Below, piece after piece: positions 46,057-55,858 of a stretch of 64,000 nt of DNA. Source of the stretch: Candidatus Omnitrophota bacterium (lineage in GTDB: Bacteria > Omnitrophota > Omnitrophia > Omnitrophales > Aquincolibacteriaceae). The notes below the pieces were generated by a model. That model was not told the origin of the DNA and ran no database searches. It saw only the letters and a program-made list of their open reading frames with translations. The DNA lies in NCBI GenBank assembly GCA_043718225.1, contig JAYSWD010000001.1, positions 49,092 through 113,091 on the forward strand, in the 5' to 3' direction. Both the position numbers and the translations under genes were made by a program. Position 1 is the stretch's first letter. Every line of letters starts with the position of its first letter.

Positions 46057-48450
46057 ATGCGAAAAGAACGAATCAATGAAATCTGGGGCGTGTTTTTTTT
46101 GCTGTTGGGCCTTTTTGCTCTTTGCAGTCTGATCGGTTTCAACCGGCTTGATATTCCTTTTTATACCTCGCATCCGAATAATCCCGTCAAAAATTACACG
46201 GGCATTATCGGAGCCTACACTTCGTTCGGACTTTATCTCAGTTTTGGCTGGAGCGCATTTGTTGTTCCTATTCTTTTTTTAATTTGGGCTTGGAGTTTTC
46301 TTAAGCAGCGTGTTCCGGATAAACGTTTTTTAAAATTTCTCGGCCTTTTCGCGGCGATAGCGGCGAGCGCCACTCTTTTTTCGGTTTTAGCTTCCGACGA
46401 AAATCGTATTACCGCGGGCGGCTGCCTCGGGCATGTGACGGCAACTTATCTGCTGAAATATTTCGGATTTGCGGGAAGTCTGATCGTTTCTTTTTGCACA
46501 TTGATGCTCGCGCTTATTTTAGCGACGGACTATCTGCTTTTCCCGCTTATTGAAGCGGTGGCACAGCTTGCCGCTCATGCGCTTATGGGTGTGTGGCCTT
46601 ATTTTTCGCGCGCCGGCGAAGCTTTTGCGGGCATTTTTTCTTTTTTGAGTAAAACCGATGAACGCCCGAAGAAAAGCCGCGAGCCGCATGTCAAAGCTGA
46701 AAAAGAAAAGCCCCTGCCCGGCCGGCAGGCAGGCAAGAAAGAAACGGAAGTACCAAGGCCCGCTTTGGACGCAAAAATTCTCAACCAGCCGATTAAAGTA
46801 AAAGCTTACCGTCCGGAAGCCGGTGCCGAAGAATTAAAACAGAAAGAAATGTTAGCTGCCGCGGAAACAGCGAGATCCGCGAGTAAGCCCGCCATTCTCA
46901 AAGCAAAATTAGACCAGCCTAAAGCCGAGGCTCCTGTGTCCGAAGATTCTTTTAAAGGCGTGATCGGATCCGCGGCAAAGAAAAAATATGTTCTGCCGCC
47001 GCCGAGCCTTTTAACACGCCCGCCCGCGGCGAAAGCTTCGAATGATAATCTCGAAGCGAATTCAAAAATTATTGAGCAAACCTTGTCTGAGTTCGGCATC
47101 GAGGTGAAGGTCACCGAAGTTGAGCAGGGCCCCGTCATCACCCGTTATGAACTCTTGCCCGCGCCCGGTGTGAAGCTGAATTCAATTTCCAATCTCGCGG
47201 ACAACCTGGCTTTGGCGCTAAAAGCGTCGAGCGTGCGCATGATTATTCCGATTCCGGGTAAATCGGCGGTGGGGATTGAAATTCCGAACTCCGTAACCAA
47301 CATGGTTTATTTGCGCGAGCTTGTGGAAACGCCCGAATTTAATGCCGGCAAGCATCCGCTGCCGCTTATCTTAGGCAAAGACACAAGCGGACGGCCTTTG
47401 CTATCCGATTTAAGCGGAATGCCGCATATGCTGGTTGCGGGAACCACGGGCAGCGGAAAAACAGTTTGCGTGAACGCGATTATCGGCGGCTTGCTTTTTT
47501 CAAAAACACCCGATGAGCTTAAATTTGTGATGGTTGATCCGAAGATGGTGGAAATGGCGGTTTACAATAAAATTCCGCATATGTTGACGCCGGTTGTGAC
47601 TGATGTCAGAAAAGCCGCGCACGCGATCAATTGGGTGGTGCAAGAAATGGAAAAGAGATACCGGCTTTTATCGACTGTCGGCGTAAGAAACATCAGCGCG
47701 TTCAACGCGCGCGTGATCAGCGAAGAAGATCAGCTGCAGCTTGATATCGCGGACGCGAAGACTTCAGAAAATCTTATTCCGGCAAAGCTGCCTTACATTG
47801 TGGTGATCATCGACGAGCTTGCGGATTTGATGATGACGATGCGTGATAAAGTCGAAGGACCGATTTGCCGCCTGGCGCAGCTTTCGCGTGCGGTCGGGAT
47901 TCATTTGATTCTCGCCACACAGCGCCCGTCGGTGGATGTTATCACGGGTGTAATCAAGGCGAATTTTCCGGCGCGTATTTCATTTAAGGTTTCTTCCAAA
48001 GTGGATTCACGCACGGTTTTGGACGGAAATGGCGCGGATCAACTGCTCGGCAAAGGTGACCTGTTGTTTTTAAAGCCGGGAGAAGCGAAGTTAATTCGCG
48101 GCCAGGCGCCGTTTGTTTCGGATGAAGAAATACGTGACGTTGTCGACTACTGGGCAAAGCAGGGCAATCCGGAATTTCTTCAGGAATTAATCGCGCCGGT
48201 TGAAAAAAAAGCGGGCGAGGGCAGCGGTGAAAAAGATGAGCTTTACGACGAAGCCCTGCGGGTAGTCGTCGAAACGCGAGTTGCTTCCACATCCAATCTG
48301 CAGCGCCGCATGGGGCTTGGCTATACGCGCGCCGCGCGAATTATGGACCAGCTTGAATCTCAGGGCGTAATAGGCCCTTCGCAGGGCGCCAAAGCGCGCG
48401 AAGTCTATATGCCCAATCCCAATGCCGAAACTCCTGCCACCACCGAATAA
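46057..48450 (+). CDS. ftsK: DNA translocase FtsK
   Basis: N-terminal TM segments, a Pro/Ala/Lys-rich linker, a motor domain (GTTGSGKT Walker A) and a gamma winged-helix C-terminus. I chose the start at 46057 (MRKERINEIW). Confidence 0.85.
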   Translation: MRKERINEIWGVFFLLLGLFALCSLIGFNRLDIPFYTSHPNNPVKNYTGIIGAYTSFGLYLSFGWSAFVVPILFLIWAWSFLKQRVPDKRFLKFLGLFAAIAASATLFSVLASDENRITAGGCLGHVTATYLLKYFGFAGSLIVSFCTLMLALILATDYLLFPLIEAVAQLAAHALMGVWPYFSRAGEAFAGIFSFLSKTDERPKKSREPHVKAEKEKPLPGRQAGKKETEVPRPALDAKILNQPIKVKAYRPEAGAEELKQKEMLAAAETARSASKPAILKAKLDQPKAEAPVSEDSFKGVIGSAAKKKYVLPPPSLLTRPPAAKASNDNLEANSKIIEQTLSEFGIEVKVTEVEQGPVITRYELLPAPGVKLNSISNLADNLALALKASSVRMIIPIPGKSAVGIEIPNSVTNMVYLRELVETPEFNAGKHPLPLILGKDTSGRPLLSDLSGMPHMLVAGTTGSGKTVCVNAIIGGLLFSKTPDELKFVMVDPKMVEMAVYNKIPHMLTPVVTDVRKAAHAINWVVQEMEKRYRLLSTVGVRNISAFNARVISEEDQLQLDIADAKTSENLIPAKLPYIVVIIDELADLMMTMRDKVEGPICRLAQLSRAVGIHLILATQRPSVDVITGVIKANFPARISFKVSSKVDSRTVLDGNGADQLLGKGDLLFLKPGEAKLIRGQAPFVSDEEIRDVVDYWAKQGNPEFLQELIAPVEKKAGEGSGEKDELYDEALRVVVETRVASTSNLQRRMGLGYTRAARIMDQLESQGVIGPSQGAKAREVYMPNPNAETPATTE
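46713..46733. repeat. Family E-like GC palindrome inside the ftsK linker
   Basis: cctgcccggccggcaggcagg, encoding LPGRQAGK. Confidence 0.4.
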
Positions 48451-48456
48451 ACCATT

Positions 48457-48564
48457 GAAAAAGGGCTTCTGCGTCGTTGCAAAAATCTCACTTCCTTGTG
48501 CGGCGCACGTTTCTAGTACGCCTCCGCGGGCGTTCGTTGGCGCCTTGCATAACCACCTTTTTGA
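48457..48564 (+). repeat. Family B repeat
   Basis: Copy after ftsK: ttctgcgtcgttgcaaaa ... cttccttgtgcgg ... tacgcctccgcggg ... gcgccttgca ... cctttttga. Confidence 0.75.
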
Positions 48565-48603
48565 ATGCCTTTTGTGTTTTGAGATTCTGCAAATGAGGCA
48601 TTT

Positions 48604-48624
48604 GCGGTTGAGCTTGCTCAGAGC
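48604..48624 (-). repeat. Family A repeat, reverse orientation
   Basis: gcggttgagcttgctcagagc. Confidence 0.8.
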
Positions 48625-48686
48625 CAAATATAGAAGGGGAGCGCTGGTTTTCGGGGATGTCAAACCAACGCTCCCGGGGTTGATCA

Positions 48687-48706
48687 CCTGCCCGCCGGCG
48701 GGCAGG
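48687..48706. repeat. Family E GC palindrome, perfect over 20 nt
   Basis: cctgcccgccggcgggcagg. Confidence 0.55.
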
Positions 48707-48829
48707 GAAGGTTAACAAAATAATTAAAGCAATCCTCGTGCCATGTTTTTTCTCAAGAGAGCGGGTGCATGGAATAGGTTTTTTTGAACATTTATGTGTT
48801 TTTGGTGATAGTTTTTGTGGGCTTGAAAA

Positions 48830-48990
48830 GCAACAATGTCCCGTCCAACTTGTTTTTAAGCCCGACACAGCACCGAGGTATATTCTTATATCGCCTATAG
48901 CGATTTAAATTTTAACGAAGGGCCAGGTCCGTCCGACTTGTTTTTAAACCGGACACGGCACGGAGCATTGTTTTCAAATGGCTTTAAGCC
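48830..48990 (+). promoter_or_regulatory. Two ~40 nt direct repeats plus short palindromes, ~200-330 bp upstream of phoB
   Basis: Repeat 1 (48838-48877) is gtcccgtccaacttgtttttaagcccgacacagcaccgagg. Repeat 2 (48926-48966) is gtccgtccgacttgtttttaaaccggacacggcacggagc. The palindromes atcgcctatagcgat and aatggctttaagccatt lie alongside, and the pair is flanked by caacaatg / cattgtt. Confidence 0.4.
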
Positions 48991-49162
48991 ATTTGAATTA
49001 AAAGGAAGCGCCAGTGTCAAGAACGTGTAAATTCATTTTCCGCCTCTCGCAATCAAAGGCGCACTTGTGTATGATTCACCGAGGAAGAAGCCGGTTTTAA
49101 GAAATTAAGTGATAGTAATAAAGCTTAAACCTTATCACTTATAACTTATTACCAAAGGACCC

Positions 49163-49864
49163 ATGCCTAAAAAAATTCTGATTGTTGAAGACGAGCCGGC
49201 CATTCACGAGCTTGTAAAATATAACCTTCAAAAAGAAGGTTATACGGTTCTATCCGCTTATGACGGGAGCGCGGGCGCTGATGTAGCCCGCGATCAAAAG
49301 CCGGATTTGATTTTACTCGATATTATGCTGCCTAAAATGGATGGTATCGAAGTTTGCAAAATGCTTAAAAGCAATACGCGCACCTCTGGCATTCCGATTA
49401 TTATGGTGACCGCAAAATCTGAGGAAGCCGATAAGGTTTTAGGCCTTGAAATCGGAGCGGACGATTACCTAGCTAAGCCATTCGGAGTCCGCGAGCTTTT
49501 GGCGCGCATCAAAGCTGTTTTGCGCCGGCAAAAGAAAAGCGGGAGTTCAGGCGGAAAAGAGTTGTTTGAGCTGGGCGAACTTATTTTGGATGACGGAAGG
49601 CATGAGGCGACTTTAAAGGGCAAGCCTCTTTACCTGACCTCAAAAGAATATGATTTGCTTAAAGCCTTGCTTGAGGCAGACGGACGTGTTCTAAGCCGCG
49701 ACCAGCTGCTTGACCAGGTATGGGGTTATGAGCACTCCGAAAACATCGAAACCCGCACCATCGATATGCATGTCGGGCAATTACGCAAGAAACTAAAAAC
49801 CGAATCCGAACGGATTATTACGGTTAAAAATGTCGGCTACCGGATCGAACCTGATTCCCGATGA
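49163..49864 (+). CDS. phoB: OmpR/PhoB-family response regulator
   Basis: The receiver domain aligns closely with E. coli PhoB (ILIVEDE, LILLDIMLP, GADDYLAKPF). A winged-helix C-terminus follows. Confidence 0.8.
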   Translation: MPKKILIVEDEPAIHELVKYNLQKEGYTVLSAYDGSAGADVARDQKPDLILLDIMLPKMDGIEVCKMLKSNTRTSGIPIIMVTAKSEEADKVLGLEIGADDYLAKPFGVRELLARIKAVLRRQKKSGSSGGKELFELGELILDDGRHEATLKGKPLYLTSKEYDLLKALLEADGRVLSRDQLLDQVWGYEHSENIETRTIDMHVGQLRKKLKTESERIITVKNVGYRIEPDSR

Positions 49865-51135
49865 GTTTGTCCGCCGTTAGTTTTCTTCTCGGCCTCTTAA
49901 TCGTTTCATTCGTTTCCTTGCTTTTGCTCGGGAGAAAGGCGGGGCAAGACCGCAAAACTCTGGATGCGTGCTCCGAGCTTCTTCAAGATATTTTTAAAAT
50001 GATGGGCGAGCCTTCCACGGTGACGCGCATTCTTTCCCAGGAAACGCCCGATCAGGAATTAACGCGCCTCAAATATCTACTCGAAAAAAAAGTTCACGCA
50101 GCCCTTTTAGAAAACACCGCGTTGAAATTTATCTTGAGCGGGTTACCGGACGGGTTAATCGCGGTGGACGCAGCGCGGAATGTTCTTTTTTGTAATCGCG
50201 AGTATTGCGAATTAGCGGCGCTGCCTGTCGAAACGCATGAAGGAAAAAAACTGTTTGAGATTTTACGGTATCACATTGCGCTGACCGAGGCCGAAAAATT
50301 TCTGAATAAAACACAAAACAACTTTTTTGAAACCGAACTTTTAACGGGCGCGGGCAAAACATTGCGCATGCGCATTGTGCGGCTGCAGCAAGAGTCATCG
50401 CTCACGGCTATTTTTGTTTTTTCCGATATTTCAGACCTGAAAAAACTAGAAACGATGCGGCGTGATTTTGTGGCAAATGTGTCGCATGAGTTACGCACCC
50501 CTTTGACCTCAATACATGGGTTCATCGAAACGCTTCTGGACGGCGCGGGAGAAGAGGCGGTAACGCGCAAGAAATTTTTAAATTTAATGAAAACCGATTC
50601 GGAGCGGCTGCGCCGGCTGATCGAAGATTTATTGACCCTTTCGCGCGTAGAAAGCCAGACTCGCGATTTTGAAAAACGACCGCTTAATGCAGAAGCTGAA
50701 ATACACGCAGTTCTTGAGCTTTTTGAGCTTCGTTTGCGGCAAAAAAAGCTGATTCTAAAAAAACAAACTGAACCTAATTTGACTTTAACGGCAAATCAAG
50801 ACCAGTTTCGCCAGGTGCTTATTAACTTATTGGACAACGCCGTTAAATTTACTCCCGAAGACGGGGTGATTTCAATTTCAGCTGCCTCTTCCACGAATGA
50901 ACAAATCGAAATTCGGGTCGCGGATTCAGGTCCGGGAATTCATCCCGATAATCACGAAAAAGTATTTCAAAGATTTTTCCGAGAAGACAAAGCGCGTTCA
51001 CGTGAGACAGGCGGTACCGGGCTTGGGCTTGCGATTGTGAAACATATCATGGAAGCCCATCGAGGGCGGGCGCGTTGTGAAGCTGCGCCTGATAAACGCG
51101 GTTCGGTTTTTATTCTTTCATTTCCTTCCAATTAA
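49861..51135 (+). CDS. phoR: sensor histidine kinase (PhoR-like)
   Basis: N-terminal TM, a PAS-like region, HisKA (SHELRTPL) and HATPase_c (GGTGLGLAIV). It overlaps the phoB stop. Confidence 0.75.
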   Translation: MSLSAVSFLLGLLIVSFVSLLLLGRKAGQDRKTLDACSELLQDIFKMMGEPSTVTRILSQETPDQELTRLKYLLEKKVHAALLENTALKFILSGLPDGLIAVDAARNVLFCNREYCELAALPVETHEGKKLFEILRYHIALTEAEKFLNKTQNNFFETELLTGAGKTLRMRIVRLQQESSLTAIFVFSDISDLKKLETMRRDFVANVSHELRTPLTSIHGFIETLLDGAGEEAVTRKKFLNLMKTDSERLRRLIEDLLTLSRVESQTRDFEKRPLNAEAEIHAVLELFELRLRQKKLILKKQTEPNLTLTANQDQFRQVLINLLDNAVKFTPEDGVISISAASSTNEQIEIRVADSGPGIHPDNHEKVFQRFFREDKARSRETGGTGLGLAIVKHIMEAHRGRARCEAAPDKRGSVFILSFPSN

Positions 51136-51187
51136 GATCCTGCAAAGCTCTTTGCATTAAATAAAATTGGGATGTGCTCATAAAAGG

Positions 51188-51238
51188 AATACAAATTTAC
51201 TCAAAAGTTGCCTTTTTAGGAAAAACTCGTAAATTCGT
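51188..51238. terminator. Long AT-rich hairpin between the convergent phoR and membrane-transporter genes
   Basis: ggaatacaaatttac ... gtaaattcgtattcc: a 14/15 bp stem with a 28 nt loop. Confidence 0.4.
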
Positions 51239-51247
51239 ATTCCTTAT

Positions 51248-52306
51248 TTAAAACCCATAAGCAAGCGCAAGTCCGCCGATCAAAAGCCCTAATGCTAGCT
51301 TAATAACCTTAATCACAATGACATCGCGCTTGGGATAAGGCAAGAGAGGCAGAATTCCGTGGCCTTCCTGAACGATCGAATTTGCGAGTAAAATCGAAAA
51401 GGGAATTGCGCCTTGCGAAAAAAGAACCGCGAAAGTTAAATGCGGGCCCGAAACGGGAAGCAGACCGATTAGCAAAGCAAAAACCAGCGTCTGCCAGAGG
51501 TTTTGGCTCAGCCAGGAATGCAGCCCCACATATTGCCCGCCCACTTTTAAAAGCAGTAGGGTTCCGGCTGTCCAAAGAGCGAATTTTGGTAAATGATGTT
51601 TGATGATATGCTCCCAAACATGTTCCTCAAGATAATGTCCGGAAGTTTTTAGGAAAATCCAAAGTGAAGAAAGCAGCGCGAAAGCGGTGAACCATGTTTC
51701 GCCGCGCTCATGTTGGCCGTGGCTTTCATGCGCATGGCCTATAAATTCAGGGTGATGGATCCAGCCGAGAATCAGCGCGGCAGAGAGGCTCAGCATAATG
51801 GCGGAAAGAATCCAGCGCAGGTTCGCGGCTGAAATTGAATAACCGGATTTTTCATGATGATGGGAATGGTCACTGTCTTCGCCGTGCATCGGTAATTCAT
51901 GGAAAAGAGGAGAAGTTTTTTCAAAATTTGGAAAGAAACGGTCAAAAAGCGCGCCTACAGAAAAACCGAGAATGATCAGCAGGGCAAAAAGAAAAAGCGC
52001 CTTTTGAGGAAAAAGCGCGAGCATAAAAAACCCCTCATCGCCGGTTGCCGCGATCATTCCCGCCAAAAGCGCACCGAATGAGTAAAGACGATGAGTGTAA
52101 AGCGAAACGTTGATAAAAGAGCCAAAACAGCCTGGAAGCCCCCCCAGAACCGTTGCTGAAACATATTGGTGATGAGGATGTTTCTTCAGGTGTTCCGCCG
52201 CGCGGCCATGCGTTAAAGTATTAAGATAGTCCGCCCAAAGCAGCATCACAAAAGCGAGCGCGAGAAACCAAATGGTGTCGTTCAGTAAATCCATTAGAAA
52301 AACCAT
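51248..52306 (-). CDS. polytopic membrane protein with His-rich loops (putative heavy-metal transporter)
   Basis: About ten predicted TM segments and the loops EDSDHSHHHEKSG and GHAHESHGQHERGE. Confidence 0.45.
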   Translation of the reverse strand: MVFLMDLLNDTIWFLALAFVMLLWADYLNTLTHGRAAEHLKKHPHHQYVSATVLGGLPGCFGSFINVSLYTHRLYSFGALLAGMIAATGDEGFFMLALFPQKALFLFALLIILGFSVGALFDRFFPNFEKTSPLFHELPMHGEDSDHSHHHEKSGYSISAANLRWILSAIMLSLSAALILGWIHHPEFIGHAHESHGQHERGETWFTAFALLSSLWIFLKTSGHYLEEHVWEHIIKHHLPKFALWTAGTLLLLKVGGQYVGLHSWLSQNLWQTLVFALLIGLLPVSGPHLTFAVLFSQGAIPFSILLANSIVQEGHGILPLLPYPKRDVIVIKVIKLALGLLIGGLALAYGF

Positions 52307-52409
52307 ATTTGTATTGTAGCAGGATCACTGGGGTCAGAGCAGCTGTTTCACTTGTTTGCGTAGCAAAACTTTCTGTCCCCAGCGAGTGATGCAGTATAAT
52401 TCCAAGTAT

Positions 52410-53117
52410 ATGAAGCAAGATTTACAGGAAAGACAAATCGGCTCGCCCTTGGTTCCGCCGCATGGCGAAAAGAAAGTGCTGCTGCATTCCTGCTGCGCGC
52501 CTTGTTCGGGCTCAGTAATCGAAGATATGCATAAAGCGGGGATTGAGCTCACGGTTTATTTTTATAATCCCAACATTCATCCCATCGAAGAATACCTTTT
52601 GCGCAAAGATGAAAATATCCGCTATGCCGAAAAATTAGGAATTCCTTTTATTGACGCGGATTACGATGACAAACGCTGGTTTGAAACGATGAAAGGCCAT
52701 GAGCGTGACCCGGAGCGAGGTGAGCGCTGTTCCATGTGTTTTGAAATGCGTTTCGTCAAAACCGCGGAATACGCGGCGCAAAATGATTTTAAAGTGATTA
52801 CAAGCTGTCTGGGCATTTCACGCTGGAAAGATTTTAATCAAGTGACGAATGCCGGTATCAAAGCCGCGTCGCTTTATCCCGGTGTTAAGTATTGGGATTA
52901 TAATTGGCGCAAAGAAAATGGTTCGTCACGCATGATTGAAATATCTAAGAAAGAAGAATTTTATCAACAGCAGTATTGCGGTTGCGCGTACTCTCTGCGC
53001 GATACCAACGCATGGCGTGTTTCGAAGGGGCGCGACAAAGTCGAATTAGGCAAAGATTATTATAAGGCCGCTGAAAAATCCGCCGAAATTTGCCGCAATC
53101 CTATCGGATTAAAATAA
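52410..53117 (+). CDS. queH: epoxyqueuosine reductase QueH (DUF208)
   Basis: Conserved Cys pattern HSCCAPCS...CSMCFEMR...CGCAYS. Confidence 0.7.
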   Translation: MKQDLQERQIGSPLVPPHGEKKVLLHSCCAPCSGSVIEDMHKAGIELTVYFYNPNIHPIEEYLLRKDENIRYAEKLGIPFIDADYDDKRWFETMKGHERDPERGERCSMCFEMRFVKTAEYAAQNDFKVITSCLGISRWKDFNQVTNAGIKAASLYPGVKYWDYNWRKENGSSRMIEISKKEEFYQQQYCGCAYSLRDTNAWRVSKGRDKVELGKDYYKAAEKSAEICRNPIGLK

Positions 53118-53147
53118 AAAACCCCGGGCCGAAGCCCGGGGTTTTTG
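53115..53147. terminator. Bidirectional intrinsic terminator between queH (+) and the small minus-strand ORF
   Basis: aaaaaaccccgggccgaagcccggggttttt. Confidence 0.8.
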
Positions 53148-53163
53148 AATTTCTTAGATTCGA

Positions 53164-53448
53164 TTAAATTTTCCCGTCCCACCGGCCGCCTTTACGGTCA
53201 ATGAGAGCATCCCAACCCGACCAAAGCTGGAATATGCCTGTTAAGCCGAGTGCGGCATGAGTCCAATTTTTCTTTGGAGGATTTCCGTTGATGTATTGTC
53301 CAATGCCTGGCCACACAAGAAGTGATAATAAACCAGTAACTACGGTTTTTCCTCTAATTTCTCCATGAGTTGCGGTGTTAACAGCCCAAGCACTGGGAGA
53401 AGCGAGTAATGTGAACGCGATCAAGAGCACGGCGAATATTTTCTTCAT
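53164..53448 (-). CDS. small exported/membrane protein (94 aa)
   Basis: A signal or anchor MKKIFAVLLIAFTLLASPSAWA plus a second hydrophobic segment. It shares a bidirectional terminator with queH. Confidence 0.45.
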   Translation of the reverse strand: MKKIFAVLLIAFTLLASPSAWAVNTATHGEIRGKTVVTGLLSLLVWPGIGQYINGNPPKKNWTHAALGLTGIFQLWSGWDALIDRKGGRWDGKI

Positions 53449-53569
53449 AGAGGCTCCCTTATTTGTGTTATTTATTGCAAATCGATTCATTGAATGCGCT
53501 TCCATCATAGGATTCAGAAACGCGATTTACAATCTATTTAAAAAAAAGGCATCGAGTATAATAAGCTGC

Positions 53570-54526
53570 ATGAAAAACAACTTTGACCACGTCCTTTTGA
53601 TCGGTTTTGGCGGGCCTGAAAAGACCGAAGATGTCATGCCTTTTCTGCGCCAGGTGACCGCGGGCCGCGATGTTCCGGATGAGCGTCTGCAATCCGTAGC
53701 AAAGCATTATGAAATGATTGGCGGCAAATCGCCTTACAACGCATGGGCTTCGCGGCTGCAAAAGGATCTCGCCAAACTGCTCGGCACCGAACGGCCCGTT
53801 TTTTTGAGCTATCGTAATACCGCGCCGTTTTTAAAAGATGTGTTGCTTGATATTCATGACCGCGGCCTGAAAAAAGGAGTCGGGGTTATTCTCGCGCCTT
53901 TCCGCAGTCCCGTGAGCTGCCGGCGTTATAAAGAAAACATCCATGAGGCGCTGCATCAAAACGGCATCATGGATTTAAATTATATTTATCTGCCCGCCTG
54001 GTATCACCACCCGGAGCTTATTAAAATCATTTCCGACGCCGTTAAGGGTGCGGTACAAAAAATTCCTTCCGGTATCCGGCAGGGGACGGAAGTTATTTTT
54101 ACATGCCACTCCATTCCGTTGATGATGGAAAAGGACTGCCACATTTGTATTTTTAGTGCTGAATATGAAGCGGCGAGCAGATTAGTCGCGGATAGCGCGG
54201 GTTTGTTTGATTGGAAACATGTTTATCAGTCTCGGAGCGGCAATCCCGAACAGCCGTGGCTTGAACCGGATATTCTTGCGACGATTAAGGCCGCCGCGGC
54301 TTCAGGCAAGAAAGCTGTTCTGGTCATTCCGATGGGCTTTTTGAGCGATAACGCGGAAGTTTTATATGATCTTGATATTGAAGCTAAAAAATTAGCGGAA
54401 GAATTGGGCCTTCAATTTTACCGCGTTCCAACGCCCGGTAATCATAAAGCGCTTACGGAGCTTTTCGCGGACCTAATTCAGGATGTTTTAAAAAGCGGCC
54501 GCAATAAAAATACCTGTTCGGTTTAA
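53570..54526 (+). CDS. hemH: ferrochelatase
   Basis: LLIGFGGPE N-terminus and chelatase fold, ~318 aa. It could be a coproporphyrin-type enzyme. Confidence 0.7.
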   Translation: MKNNFDHVLLIGFGGPEKTEDVMPFLRQVTAGRDVPDERLQSVAKHYEMIGGKSPYNAWASRLQKDLAKLLGTERPVFLSYRNTAPFLKDVLLDIHDRGLKKGVGVILAPFRSPVSCRRYKENIHEALHQNGIMDLNYIYLPAWYHHPELIKIISDAVKGAVQKIPSGIRQGTEVIFTCHSIPLMMEKDCHICIFSAEYEAASRLVADSAGLFDWKHVYQSRSGNPEQPWLEPDILATIKAAAASGKKAVLVIPMGFLSDNAEVLYDLDIEAKKLAEELGLQFYRVPTPGNHKALTELFADLIQDVLKSGRNKNTCSV

Positions 54527-54531
54527 TTTTT

Positions 54532-54553
54532 GCTCTGAGCTACGCTCAGCCGC
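54532..54553 (+). repeat. Family A repeat
   Basis: gctctgagctacgctcagccgc. Confidence 0.75.
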
Positions 54554-54585
54554 GATTTAATTTGCTTTGGGGCGCAATTGCGTTT

Positions 54586-55797
54586 TTAATCTTTGAATTC
54601 TTCTTCCATCAGTTCGGGCAAAAAGGAAAGCGAATCTTCCTGTCGGACATCCGGCAGGCCTTTTTGTTTGTGAAGTGATTCAATTTTCTTCAGCGGCTTT
54701 TCCAGTTTGTTTTGGCGTGTCGTCGTCAGCAAATCAAACTCTTCCTTTGCCTTTTCAAGTTTGTCGCCCAGGCTTTCCATTTTCTTGGTGTATTCGCCCC
54801 ATTGTTTTTTGAATTCAACCAGCAGGGAGAGAATTTCATTCGAGGTTTTTTCGAGAGAAAAATTATCGACCGCCTGGCGAATGACGGCAAGCACGGCGAA
54901 TAACGTTAGCGGAGAACAGAACACAACTTTGTTTTTCAGGCCTTCTTCCAGAAGGTTTTGATTTTTTTCATGAATAAAAGAATAAATCGTTTCATTAGGT
55001 ATAAACAATAAAACGTAATCCAGCGTGCTTTGATCCGGATCAATGTAATCGCGCGTCGTCACTTCTTTAATACGCGCCTTCACGTCCCTGAAAAAACTGT
55101 TCAAACAACTTTCTTTTTCGACTTCGCCCGCGGCTTCCAAGTATTTGCTGTAATTCGCCGCCGGAAATTTGACGTCCATGTTCAATTTTAAATTTTTAGG
55201 CAAAAGAAAAGTAAAGTCGGGCCGCGAGCCGGCGGATTCAATCGTTTTTTGCTTGAGGTAATTGATGTTTTCGATAAATCCGGCGATACGGAGAATGTCT
55301 TCCGCGATTCTTTCGCCCCATTGTCCGCGGGCTTTGTTGTTTGACAGCGCTTCATTCAGAGTTTGTGTGGTGCGGATCAGGTCGGAGGTTCTTTCGTTCG
55401 TTGTTTTTAGCTGATTCGTCAATTCTCCAAATTTTTGTTCGCGGTCTTTTTCAAGCGCGCTGACAAGCTTTGTAACGTCTTCTAATTTTTTAGAAACCTG
55501 GGAAATATCTTTCTCGATCAGCTGCTTTTTTTTATCGAGTTCAGCGGAATTGGTGCCAGTCTGGCTTTCCAATTTTTCTTTCGCGAGCTTTAAAAATTCC
55601 GAAGAGTTCTGAGAAAGTGCTTCGAGCGATAGTTTGCCGAAACTGTTTTGGAGCTGAATTTGGGACTCCTGGAACATTTCTGAAGCGAGGTCTTTGGCGG
55701 TTTGATGGCGATACAGTTTTAAAATGTATGCCAGCCCCAAACCCAAAACAAGCCCGGCTCCGAACACCAAAACAAAAGTCAATAAAGAGGTCGTCAT
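54586..55797 (-). CDS. rmuC: DNA recombination protein RmuC
   Basis: N-terminal TM, a long coiled coil and a C-terminal RmuC nuclease-like domain (DYVLLFIPNETIYSF). Confidence 0.75.
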   Translation of the reverse strand: MTTSLLTFVLVFGAGLVLGLGLAYILKLYRHQTAKDLASEMFQESQIQLQNSFGKLSLEALSQNSSEFLKLAKEKLESQTGTNSAELDKKKQLIEKDISQVSKKLEDVTKLVSALEKDREQKFGELTNQLKTTNERTSDLIRTTQTLNEALSNNKARGQWGERIAEDILRIAGFIENINYLKQKTIESAGSRPDFTFLLPKNLKLNMDVKFPAANYSKYLEAAGEVEKESCLNSFFRDVKARIKEVTTRDYIDPDQSTLDYVLLFIPNETIYSFIHEKNQNLLEEGLKNKVVFCSPLTLFAVLAVIRQAVDNFSLEKTSNEILSLLVEFKKQWGEYTKKMESLGDKLEKAKEEFDLLTTTRQNKLEKPLKKIESLHKQKGLPDVRQEDSLSFLPELMEEEFKD

Positions 55798-55858
55798 AGC
55801 CGAAATTATACAACAGAGGCCCGCGAGGGGATGCTATACTTTTTTTAAGAGGTTATTC

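Noticed and set aside
52320-52409. preQ1 riboswitch in the queH leader
   Set aside because: There is a hairpin gtttgcgtagcaaaac enclosed by a GGGGTCAGAG/CTTTCTGTCCCC stem. The A-rich tail and loop consensus of preQ1-I and preQ1-II are not present, and queH is not a usual target.
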